From NCBI GenBank assembly GCA_963727625.1, contig CAVSHR010000004.1, positions 224,001 to 288,000 on the forward strand: DNA of 64,000 bases. Direction: 5' to 3'. A program made the translations under genes and the position numbers. How positions within the stretch are numbered: position 1 is the first letter of the stretch; each line of letters begins with the position of its first letter. The notes below the pieces were generated by a model that worked only from the letters and a program-made list of their open reading frames with translations, was not told the origin of the DNA and made no database searches. The DNA comes from an uncultured delta proteobacterium (GTDB lineage Bacteria; Desulfobacterota; Binatia; UBA9968). Positions 34,328-42,911 of this stretch are shown here, one piece after another.

Positions 34328-35734
34328 ATGGAAGAGCGTATTGTCGAATTTGCCACGGTTTTGAGACGCAACGGCATTCGTGTGTCGCTTTCGGAAAACA
34401 TGGACGCATTTCGCGCTCTCGGACTGGTCGGCGTCGCCGATCATTCGCTCTTCCGCCATACGCTGCGCACCACGCTGATCAAGCGGGCCAGCGACGTAAA
34501 ACCCTTTGAAGAGCTGTTCGATTATTTTTTCCTGGGCATCGGTCAGGCGCTAGATGCTCTGGACCGGCGCATCATGGGCGAGCTCGGCTTAACGCCGGAA
34601 CAGTTCCAAGAGATGCTCGAACAGACCCAACGGTTGGTCAAGCAAATGGAAGGAGAGCTCTCGGAGTTGACGCGAGCTCTGCTGAACAACAACCGCGGCG
34701 AGCTCGAGCGCCAACTGCGCGAGGCCATGCAACAGGAAACGGAGCAGGGTACGCCGGACAGTTTTCGTCTAACTCCTTACACGCGCATGTCGGCGCGTTT
34801 ACAGTTTGATCGGGTTCAAAGCGAAATCGAGCGCTTCCGGGGCACGCTGCAGATGCTCGGCGAAAACGGCGAAGATCTGCAAAAGGTCCTGCGCTATCTC
34901 GACGAGCGCGTGCGCGACTTAAACCGCCTCCTGCGCGAAATCATCCAACAGGAGCAGCGCAAGAAAGGTTTGGAGCCGCGGGATTCTACGCAACGGAGCT
35001 CGTTGGCGGACAAGAGCTTCGCGTTTTACACCGAGGACGATATCCGGCGCATGAACGACGCGGTGGCGCGCTTGGCGCAGCGCCTGAAAAACCGCCTGTC
35101 GGTAAGGCGCAAAAGAGCCGCGCGGGGGCGCTTCAACGTCAAAGAAACGCTGCGCAAAAATCTCCAATTCGGCGGTGTGCCGTTCAATATCCAGCTCGAC
35201 CGGCGCAAAAAATCCAAGCCGCAAGTGATGGTGCTATGCGACATTTCCGACTCGGTGCTCAACGCGTCGCGCTTCATGTTGCAGTTCGTATATTCGGTGC
35301 AAGATCTCTACTCCAAGGTGCGCAGTTTCGTCTTCGTCGCCGAAATCGGCGAGGTGACGAAACTTTTCGAAGATCACGACATTCAAACCGCCGTGGAGAC
35401 GGCCTTGAAGGGCGACGTCATCGACGTTTTTTCGCATTCGAACTTCGGCCGGGCTTTCGATCAGTTTTACCGCAGCTTTTTTTCGGCGATTAACGGCAAA
35501 ACCACCGTGCTGATCATCGGCGACGGTCGCAACAACTACAACCGACCCAACGATTGGGTATTGCGCGAGATCCAGCAGAAAGCCAAACAGCTGATCTGGT
35601 TGAACCCCGAGAGCCGCATGACTTGGGGCATCGGCGACAGCGAGATGCCGCGCTACGCGCCCCATTGCCACGTCGCTGAGGAATGCCGCAGCATCAACCA
35701 ACTCTATCATATCGTCGATCTGATCGTGCCATGA
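34328..35734 (+). CDS. VWA domain CoxE-like protein
   Basis: LRRNGIRVS, CDISDS (MIDAS), IGDGRNN and WLNPE motifs. Confidence 0.9.
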   Translation: MEERIVEFATVLRRNGIRVSLSENMDAFRALGLVGVADHSLFRHTLRTTLIKRASDVKPFEELFDYFFLGIGQALDALDRRIMGELGLTPEQFQEMLEQTQRLVKQMEGELSELTRALLNNNRGELERQLREAMQQETEQGTPDSFRLTPYTRMSARLQFDRVQSEIERFRGTLQMLGENGEDLQKVLRYLDERVRDLNRLLREIIQQEQRKKGLEPRDSTQRSSLADKSFAFYTEDDIRRMNDAVARLAQRLKNRLSVRRKRAARGRFNVKETLRKNLQFGGVPFNIQLDRRKKSKPQVMVLCDISDSVLNASRFMLQFVYSVQDLYSKVRSFVFVAEIGEVTKLFEDHDIQTAVETALKGDVIDVFSHSNFGRAFDQFYRSFFSAINGKTTVLIIGDGRNNYNRPNDWVLREIQQKAKQLIWLNPESRMTWGIGDSEMPRYAPHCHVAEECRSINQLYHIVDLIVP

Positions 35735-37098
35735 ACAAGAAACTCTATATTCAAACCTATGGCTGCCAGATGAACCAATATGATTCGGAGCGAATCGCCC
35801 GGGTCATGGCTCGACAGGGTTATCTCCTGACTGACCGCATCGATGCGGCCGACTTGATTCTGCTCAACACCTGCAGCGTGAGGGACAAAGCGGAGCAGAA
35901 AGTCTACAGCGCTCTGGGGGGTTGGAAAGAGTTCAAAGAATTTCGCGACGATGTGATCATTGGCGTCGGCGGCTGCGTGGCGCAGCAGGAAGGAGAGAAT
36001 CTTCTCAAGCGGGTGCCGCACCTCGACCTGGTTTTCGGCACCCACAACATCCACAAACTGCCGGCGATGGTGGAACAGGTTCAACTGGCGCGCGCCCGCC
36101 CGGTGGAAATCGCTTTCTATCGCGACCCTGCTTACATGGAGGAGATTGTCGGCCGAACCGAAGTGCGCGGCGTCAAGTCCTTTGTCACGATCATGCAAGG
36201 CTGCAACAAAGTTTGCAGCTTCTGCATCGTGCCCCATGTGCGTGGCCGCGAGCTCAGCCGTCCGAGCGCCCATATCGTCGCCGAAATCGAATCGCTGGCC
36301 AGTCAAGGCGTGATCGAAGTCATGCTACTGGGACAAAATGTCAATTCCTACGGCAAGCTCACACCGGGGGAGTTGAGCTTCGCCGAGCTGCTCGCGCGCG
36401 TTGATCGGATCGACGGGATTCAGCGAATTCGTTTTACCACCTCGCATCCGCAGGATCTTTCACCCGAATTGATTGAAGCGTACGCCACGCTGAATCAACT
36501 TTGCGAGCATCTCCATCTACCCGTTCAGTCGGGCGCCGACACGGTTCTCGAACGGATGCGCCGCGGCTACACGCGGGCGGAATATTTAAATCGCATCGAT
36601 CGCCTGCGCCGGCGCCGGCAGGAAGTCGCGTTGAGCACGGATATCATCGTCGGTTTTCCCGGCGAGAGCGACGCGGAATTTGTCCAAACTCTAGAATTGC
36701 TGGAACGAGTGGAGTATGATGAAATTTACTCGTTTCAATATTCGCCGCGGCCGCAAACCGTCTCAGCAAAGATTTATGCCGATGATGTTCCCGAAAATGT
36801 TAAAAAGGTGCGTCTAAAAGAAGTGCAGAGTTTGCAGCAGGCGATATCGTTGCGGAAAAACCGCCGGCGCATCGGGGATCTGGAGGAAATATTGGTGGAG
36901 GGGCCGTCCAAACTAAAGAATGGGCAAATTATGGGCCGCACGCGCAGCAACCGAATCGTCAACGTGGTTGCGCCTGACAGTTTGGTCGGCCAACTTGTCG
37001 CCGTTAGAATTAGCGGGGCCACCGCCAATTCGTTGCTCGGCGAAATTTTGTCGGATAAATCGGAAATGAATTCCCAGTTAGAAGAGGGCACGGCATGA
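35731..37098 (+). CDS. miaB: tRNA methylthiotransferase MiaB
   Basis: TYGCQMN, NTCSVRDKAEQK, GCVAQQ, CNKVCSFC and a TRAM domain. Confidence 0.96.
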   Translation: MNKKLYIQTYGCQMNQYDSERIARVMARQGYLLTDRIDAADLILLNTCSVRDKAEQKVYSALGGWKEFKEFRDDVIIGVGGCVAQQEGENLLKRVPHLDLVFGTHNIHKLPAMVEQVQLARARPVEIAFYRDPAYMEEIVGRTEVRGVKSFVTIMQGCNKVCSFCIVPHVRGRELSRPSAHIVAEIESLASQGVIEVMLLGQNVNSYGKLTPGELSFAELLARVDRIDGIQRIRFTTSHPQDLSPELIEAYATLNQLCEHLHLPVQSGADTVLERMRRGYTRAEYLNRIDRLRRRRQEVALSTDIIVGFPGESDAEFVQTLELLERVEYDEIYSFQYSPRPQTVSAKIYADDVPENVKKVRLKEVQSLQQAISLRKNRRRIGDLEEILVEGPSKLKNGQIMGRTRSNRIVNVVAPDSLVGQLVAVRISGATANSLLGEILSDKSEMNSQLEEGTA

Positions 37099-37622
37099 TG
37101 AAAAAGGAAGATACCATCCAAATGTCGGTCGGAGGTTTGACCCTGGACCCGGTGACTAAAACGCCGATCGTTATCCTCAAAGACACCGAAAACAAGCTCA
37201 ATCTACCGATTTGGATCGGTCTGCTGGAAGCGACCGCCATGGCCACAGAAATCGAAGGCATCAAAATGGCTCGTCCGATGACCCACGATCTGCTCAAAAC
37301 TATTCTTGGCGAGGTCGGCTGCTCGGTCGAGTCCGTGGAAATTACCGAGCTCAAAGAAAACACTTATTATGCCTTGGTCAACCTCACCCTGGCCGGCCGC
37401 CAGGTCATGATCGACTCACGCCCCAGCGATGCGATCGCCTTGGCGCTGCGCACGAAGAGCCCGATTTACGTTGCCAAAGCCGTCTTGGAAGCCTCCAGCA
37501 CGTTACAGCAAAACGAAGAAGGCAGTGATCGCTCGGTCGAGAATGTATCGAACGTTTCCAAAGAAAAGTGGGCGGACATCTTGGAAAAAATGACTCCGGA
37601 TGATTTTAAATATAAACAATAG
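37095..37622 (+). CDS. Bifunctional nuclease family (DUF151)
   Basis: LPIWIG, RPMTHDL and DSRPSDAIALA motifs. Confidence 0.92.
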   Translation: MMKKEDTIQMSVGGLTLDPVTKTPIVILKDTENKLNLPIWIGLLEATAMATEIEGIKMARPMTHDLLKTILGEVGCSVESVEITELKENTYYALVNLTLAGRQVMIDSRPSDAIALALRTKSPIYVAKAVLEASSTLQQNEEGSDRSVENVSNVSKEKWADILEKMTPDDFKYKQ

Positions 37623-37708
37623 GCAAGGCTTCATTTCGTCCTGAGAAGGTGCGTACGACTATCGAACGACTCGGTCGAGATTTCTCCCTGCGCGTTTCAA
37701 AATAACTT

Positions 37709-38392
37709 ATGGCAACCGCAAGCAAGCGAATAACTAGGAAACAACTGCGCCAGCCTGACTGGTTTCAAGTGACCACAGAAAATGCGCTGGAATATTTTAA
37801 CCACCACCGATCCCTGGTGTTCGCCGCGGTCGCCGGAGTCTTGCTTTTAGGCGCGCTCGTTTGGGGTTGGCAGCTGTTCAAGCAAAAGCAAAATCTTGCC
37901 GCTTCGCAGGAGTTCAGCAAAGCGCTCGCGCTGTATCACAGCGAAAAATTCGGCGATGCCGTCAACGCCTTTGAAAGGGTAAAAAGCTATCGCTGGTCGC
38001 GTTATGCGGTCTTGGCCCACCTTTATTTGACTAACAGCTACCTGGCGACCAACGCCCTCGATAAAGCTGTAACCGAGGGGCAACGCTCCGTGGCGGCAAC
38101 CAGCCCGGATAGCCTTTATCGCCAGATCGCGCTTATCGATCTCGCCACTGCCGAAGAACAAAAGCAGCAGTGCAAAGTGGCGATAGGCCGCTATAGCGAA
38201 GCGCAAAATATCCCTGGTCCCTTGCAAGCCAAGGCTCTGCTCGGCAAAGCTCGCTGCGCCGAACAACTCGGGGAGGTGCCGACCGCAATCGCTGCTTATA
38301 AGGAGTATGTCAAAGACAACCCCGGCTCGCCGTATGCTGTGAGGGTAGCTGAACTAGAAGCCAAAGCGGCCGCGACTGCGGCGGCCAAGTAA
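37709..38392 (+). CDS. YfgM-like membrane-anchored TPR protein
   Basis: RKQLRQPD N-terminus, a single TM helix and TPR-like helices. Confidence 0.75.
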   Translation: MATASKRITRKQLRQPDWFQVTTENALEYFNHHRSLVFAAVAGVLLLGALVWGWQLFKQKQNLAASQEFSKALALYHSEKFGDAVNAFERVKSYRWSRYAVLAHLYLTNSYLATNALDKAVTEGQRSVAATSPDSLYRQIALIDLATAEEQKQQCKVAIGRYSEAQNIPGPLQAKALLGKARCAEQLGEVPTAIAAYKEYVKDNPGSPYAVRVAELEAKAAATAAAK

Positions 38393-38411
38393 GTTTGCGG
38401 GTTTATATATA

Positions 38412-38439
38412 ACGTCTGATAAGATATAGAAAATTTGAT
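38412..38439 (+). other. Partial dif copy (XerC arm + core, degenerate XerD arm)
   Basis: ACGTCTGATAA GATATA GAAAATTTGAT. Confidence 0.75.
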
Positions 38440-38459
38440 TTTCAGAGTAGGGTAGTATC

Positions 38460-38489
38460 ACGTCCGATCGTCCTCCAATTATGTAACCC
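38460..38489 (+). other. Second dif/cer-like site with an 8-bp spacer
   Basis: ACGTCCGATCG TCCTCCAA TTATGTAACCC; arms match the dif arms at 8/11 and 9/11. Confidence 0.5.
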
Positions 38490-38492
38490 TTA

Positions 38493-39140
38493 CTAATTTT
38501 TCTTATCTCTTTTTTCTACTGCATTTTTCGCCCCAGCCGGGAGTGTTTCATATAAGTTCCCCACTCGCATTGGCATGGATATCATGTACTCGACAATGAG
38601 ATTTACTAAAGGGAAAAGCTTGTCTGCCACCCCTACGTCATCCGCATCGATCTGACCCGGATGTACGGCATTGTTTCCTATAACGCGAACACTATCCAAC
38701 GCTTTTTGCATGGTTGCAGGTAAACCTTTTGACACCAACATTCCAATATCATCATTGAGATTGGTACCCGCACCCCCGAGATGAATGCACAGTTTCTGTA
38801 TTGCTAGACGAAGCAATGCAGCTGCCCCTCTCGGTGAGATCAGCGCGATTTGTGCCGCTTCTTCGTAATCAGCTTTCACCGCCGGTGGCATGTCTGCGGG
38901 TGGCAAAGGAGCCGCGCCCCGATTCGGATACACTATCGAATGCGCGTGCCATATAGATAATTCCCCGCAGTGTTCGCACTGCCCCAAGGATACGTCGGCT
39001 TCAAAATAATTCGGATGGCCTTCTGGAACTGCAGGACAATTGCGAGAGTTCCTGTACCCCCATTTGTAAGACCGGGCATACACGCCACAATGCGGGCAGG
39101 TGAATGCTTTGGTATCACGATCCGGCGCCACGTAGCTCAT
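38493..39140 (-). CDS. DUF4145 (HEPN-like) protein with N-terminal zinc ribbon
   Basis: FTCPHCG, CEHCG, AAALLRLAIQKLC and RVIGNNAVHPG. Confidence 0.85.
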   Translation of the reverse strand: MSYVAPDRDTKAFTCPHCGVYARSYKWGYRNSRNCPAVPEGHPNYFEADVSLGQCEHCGELSIWHAHSIVYPNRGAAPLPPADMPPAVKADYEEAAQIALISPRGAAALLRLAIQKLCIHLGGAGTNLNDDIGMLVSKGLPATMQKALDSVRVIGNNAVHPGQIDADDVGVADKLFPLVNLIVEYMISMPMRVGNLYETLPAGAKNAVEKRDKKN

Positions 39141-39408
39141 GAATCAAGATCCCCATTCGTGCCGAACTTTCTCAATAATTTTTAAGTCCCTAATTTTAGT
39201 ACTCCAACTATCGGTATCCGCGCAAGGCCGTGCCCGAGGAAATATTGAGCGACGATCAAACAGCAGCGCGTGCACTTGCCTTGCAGTGCTCCGCCACATG
39301 AACCTTTTTCCGGACCCGGGAAAACCCTCGGGCACGTAAGAGGGTTTTCCATCGAGTGCTTACCACTCCGAGGCATCGCGCGCCTGGATGCTCCGGGCGC
39401 ACGGTGCC

Positions 39409-39684
39409 TCAATGAACTCTCACCGATGAATCTGAGAGATTCAGCTTTGAAACTTTTCCGCCACCCTCAATAACAGCATCAGCGATCTCATTGATTACAG
39501 ACGGACCGCCAAGAACGAGAGTAGAGTCACAGAACACGCAATGAATCTCTAAATCGTCCGAACCGAGATCAAACCGTTGAACCCTCAACTTATGGTCGGC
39601 TTCAAGATGACGCCTGATAGCCCGGCGGATCTGTTTTCCCGCTAATCTCATGCTAGCCCTCTGTAACCCTTTGATTTTATTCAC
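39409..39684 (-). CDS. Orphan small protein in the dif element
   Basis: 91-aa ORF with HCVFC, co-oriented with neighbouring island ORFs. Confidence 0.5.
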   Translation of the reverse strand: MNKIKGLQRASMRLAGKQIRRAIRRHLEADHKLRVQRFDLGSDDLEIHCVFCDSTLVLGGPSVINEIADAVIEGGGKVSKLNLSDSSVRVH

Positions 39685-39733
39685 TCGGTTCTAAAACGTT
39701 TAGCAATCAAGATTAAAGAGAGAATTCCACCGT

Positions 39734-40021
39734 TCACTCTGGCAGTCCTCCCTGTTCGCGATCTGCAGCGCCCTTAAGCTGAGAGATCAGCCGCTTTAGA
39801 CGATCAATGCTCTGGAATTCATTATCGCGCAGAACGTCTTCGAAGAATCGCGCCGCATAGATCAGCACGCCATCCTTAAACTTGATCACACTCTCCAGAC
39901 GTTTGATTTCTGCGTGCAGGCGGGCGAGCTCGCTGCAGAGCGCTCGGTGATTATCTTCAACAGTCCGGTGTTGAACTGTTGCCTTATATTCAGGTGGAAG
40001 AAGCTGGATACGACGGCTCAC
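39734..40021 (-). CDS. Orphan coiled-coil small protein in the dif element
   Basis: 95-aa ORF; its GTG start overlaps the TGA of ORF 40018-40230. Confidence 0.5.
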   Translation of the reverse strand: MSRRIQLLPPEYKATVQHRTVEDNHRALCSELARLHAEIKRLESVIKFKDGVLIYAARFFEDVLRDNEFQSIDRLKRLISQLKGAADREQGGLPE

Positions 40022-40305
40022 GGCAAATTTACCCCTTGGATAAATTCACCGTCACCATTTGCACGGCGTTCAGGTCCTAGTAGACTCTGCGGACCTGTTT
40101 TCTCCGGACGCACCGGTGGAAACTTAACACAACTAGAACGGCGAGGTATTTGCCTTAAGCCCCTCAACAGGCGCGATGTACTTTTCGAACTAGCCGGCCA
40201 TTGTGAGTCTAGCCGCCCCTTAGATAACACAGGGGGGAGACCCTTACAAGAGGCCCTAAACAGGGCGCTTTGATAAAAAGGGCGCTTACCAGTCCGCCAT
40301 AGCTA

Positions 40306-40333
40306 ACGTCTGATAAGATATATTATGTAAACT
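40306..40333 (+). other. dif: Chromosomal dif site (XerCD dimer-resolution site)
   Basis: ACGTCTGATAA-GATATA-TTATGTAAACT has the 11-6-11 dif layout (compare E. coli GGTGCGCATAA-TGTATA-TTATGTTAAAT). Gene strand bias flips here. Confidence 0.88.
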
Positions 40334-40487
40334 TTAATAGATAGCTTCAGTTTGATTCGCTTAAAGATGCCGAACTCTTTCCTGTTTCGCCTTCCCCGCC
40401 ATCTCGTTTGAATATTGACTCGCTCCATCCATGCACGACTCGAAAGCTCATTTCGCCCTCGCGCCCGACCATTAAAGCTACGCTGGA

Positions 40488-41645
40488 TTAGAAATAACGC
40501 CAGAGCCACCATTTCTCGAAACCGAGCTTAGCCCAGTAGATCAGTTTCGACGGGCCCCAGGTGCGCGGCTCGGTGGCGCCGAACGGTGGCCAGCCGGTAG
40601 GATAAATGGTTCGATTAGCAGCGGCGCGTCCAGCACCGTATGCCAGCAGTCATATGGTGTGGAGCCACAAGTCTACCGGTCTTCCTTTGCCGGTAATCTC
40701 AGCGGCCAGGTTGTGCGCAAGCACGTCGGCTTCCTGATGAGCTACGCCGCCGGATTTGGACGCCGGCATGTCGGCACAATCGCCGATCGCGTAGACGTTG
40801 TCCCATTTCGTCCGGAGCGTGTCGTAATCGACACGAATGCCGCTTTCACACTCCGCCAGCCCGCAATCGAATAGCACTTTAGCTGGGCGATGCGGCGGTA
40901 CCATGACCAGCAAATCATACGGAATCCTGTAGTCGTATAGCCCCTTGACTTCCTTGGCTTGGGGATCGATCGACCGGACGACAAATTCGTAATGCTGCGT
41001 GATGTTTCGGCGCCGGCTTTCCTCATCCATCCAGACAATCGGATTACGGTGTTCACCGGTGGGTTCCGGGTCGCGGGTGAAATATTCGATTTGCACTCGG
41101 TCGCGGATACCGCGTTTCTTGAAGTAACTGTCCAACATCCACTGCGCTTCGTATGGCGCCGGCGGACAGCGATATGGCCCGAGCGGGATCCCGACGACGA
41201 CTCGTCCGCCGTTGAATGTTTCAAGCGTACTGCGCAAGCGCATGGCACCGTCGAGCTCCCAGGGATGGATCGACGCTTCGGCAAAACCGGGAACCAGATC
41301 GGGCCTTACCTGCATGCCGAGGGAAACGATGAGATAGTCGTAATCAAGTTTCTGATCCCGCAGTTCAACTTCTTGACGTTTTGGATCGATACCCAAAACT
41401 TCGGATTGGATAAACTTGACGTTGCGCTTTTCCAATAGGCTCAAACTGCGCGTGATGTCGCGTGGTTGGCGCTCACCGACCATGACGAACAAAAATGCCG
41501 GCATGAACAGATGATCGGCCCGCTTGTCGACAAGGATGACGTCATGGTTCTCGCCGAGCTTCCGGCCAAGATTCGTCGCCGCTACCACGCCGCCGCTGCC
41601 GCCGCCCAAAATGACTATTTTTTTTCTCCCGTTGACGGCCGTCAT
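40488..41645 (-). CDS. Sulfide:quinone oxidoreductase-like FAD oxidoreductase, probable selenoprotein (UGA332 = Sec), 385 aa
   Basis: GGGSGG, CPPAPYE (C160) and YAIGD motifs. After TGA 40650-40652 the frame continues LLAYGAG...AKLGFEKWWLWRYF to TAA at 40488. Confidence 0.8.
40616..40645 (-). promoter_or_regulatory. Putative bacterial SECIS hairpin
   Basis: mRNA UGGCA-UA-CGGUGC-(UGGAC)-GCGCCG-C-UGCUA; the loop starts 17 nt after the UGA, with G at loop position 2. Confidence 0.65.
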
Positions 41646-41828
41646 CTACTTCTTGCCACCATGCCGTTGCTGCCAGCGCAGCGTCAAACCTTTGAGATTC
41701 CTCATCCGTTGCTCACGCCACAGCTCCTGTTCGCGCCGGCCTTCGCGTGTGAGTTCCTGGCCGAATCGCGATGTGGCATAAAGAAACCAGAGAATGAGTT
41801 TATCGGATAAATCTCTGAGCCGTTCCAT
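41646..41828 (-). CDS. Small hypothetical protein directly upstream of the SQR-like gene
   Basis: 60 aa; its TAG abuts the ATG of the next gene. Confidence 0.55.
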   Translation of the reverse strand: MERLRDLSDKLILWFLYATSRFGQELTREGRREQELWREQRMRNLKGLTLRWQQRHGGKK

Positions 41829-41938
41829 ATTTTTTAATAGGGCGCCGCCTGTTCGCGGCGACGCGAAGTAAAAATTTTCATTTATCCTTAAGTGGATACT
41901 CCGACAACCGCTTGAAGCAGTAATGCTGAGCCGTCTCT

Positions 41939-42906
41939 CTACCGAAGGAAGGTATCTTCCTGCCGGAGTTTCTCCCCCGCGGCCAACAACCCCTGCGGCG
42001 TCGGCCCCGCTTCGCCGATGAGTCCAACCTGGCGCAGAAACTGTCCTATCTGCTCATGGTCGCGTGGACTTACCGGCGCGTAGGGACGGCAAGGATTGCC
42101 GAGATCGACGCCGAAGTGTTTCATCGCGGACTTCATCACCGGCGGCAATCCGTACGCTGCCCATTTTCCTGGAAACAACGCGTAGCAGCGCGCCCAAAAG
42201 CGCGCGGTCTCGAGATCTCCGGCGCGAAATGCCTTGACGATTTGTGCGCCGATTCGCGTTCCCGGCGGCGGCATGGTCGCGCCGGAGCCGCCCAACATAA
42301 GCGTGACCAGCAGCGGTTGCATCGTTGTGAAATAATGCCCCCGCCCGGCGATGTCGATTTGCTCGATCAACCTGGAGATTTTAGTTATATCCCGCGAACT
42401 TTCCTTAAAGTACCGGATGTTGCCGATCTCACTGATTTTGACAAAGGCATCTTGGGGCGGGTCGGCGCCGGGTCCAGGGTTATGATAACAAGTGACCGGC
42501 AGCGGGCTTGCCGAAGCCACTTGAGTATAGAACTCCATCAATTCGGCGATGGTCGGCTGCCCCCCCAAGGGCGTAGCGGCATCAGCACTTGCACCAGATC
42601 GCCGCCCACTTTCGCGGAATAATCCGCGAGCTCGATCACCTCGCGCGGCGACGGGCTGGAGCAACCGAGAATGACCGGCACACGCTTGTTCACCATTTCC
42701 GTCGCAACTTTCAGCACCTCTTTGCGCTCGTCGCGTGTAAGCATGGTGTATTCGGCCGCTTCGACGGCGGCGATAGTGACGGCGTCGCAGTCCGCAACGA
42801 GAAATTCGATCTCTTTTTCCAGCGCCTTGTAATTCACCCGGTCATTGTCATCGAACGGGGTCAGGCAGGCGCCGATGATTCCTTTAATCGGTTTTTCCAG
42901 TGCCAT
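41939..42906 (-). pseudogene. DapA/DHDPS-family aldolase-like gene with a -1 frameshift in a G7 run
   Basis: N-half (CLTPFDDNDRVN...LRPWGG) and C-half (GGQPTIAEL...YHNP...YFKESS) lie in different frames, joined at the C7 run 42560-42566. Confidence 0.85.
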
Positions 42907-42911
42907 AGTAT

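Larger units (their letters stand above)
38410..40333. mobile_element. Candidate dif-integrated element (IMEX-like), 1894-bp repeat unit
   Basis: Perfect 19-bp direct repeat TAACGTCTGATAAGATATA at 38410-38428 and 40304-40322; visibly more AT-rich than the flanks; no integrase. Confidence 0.75.
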
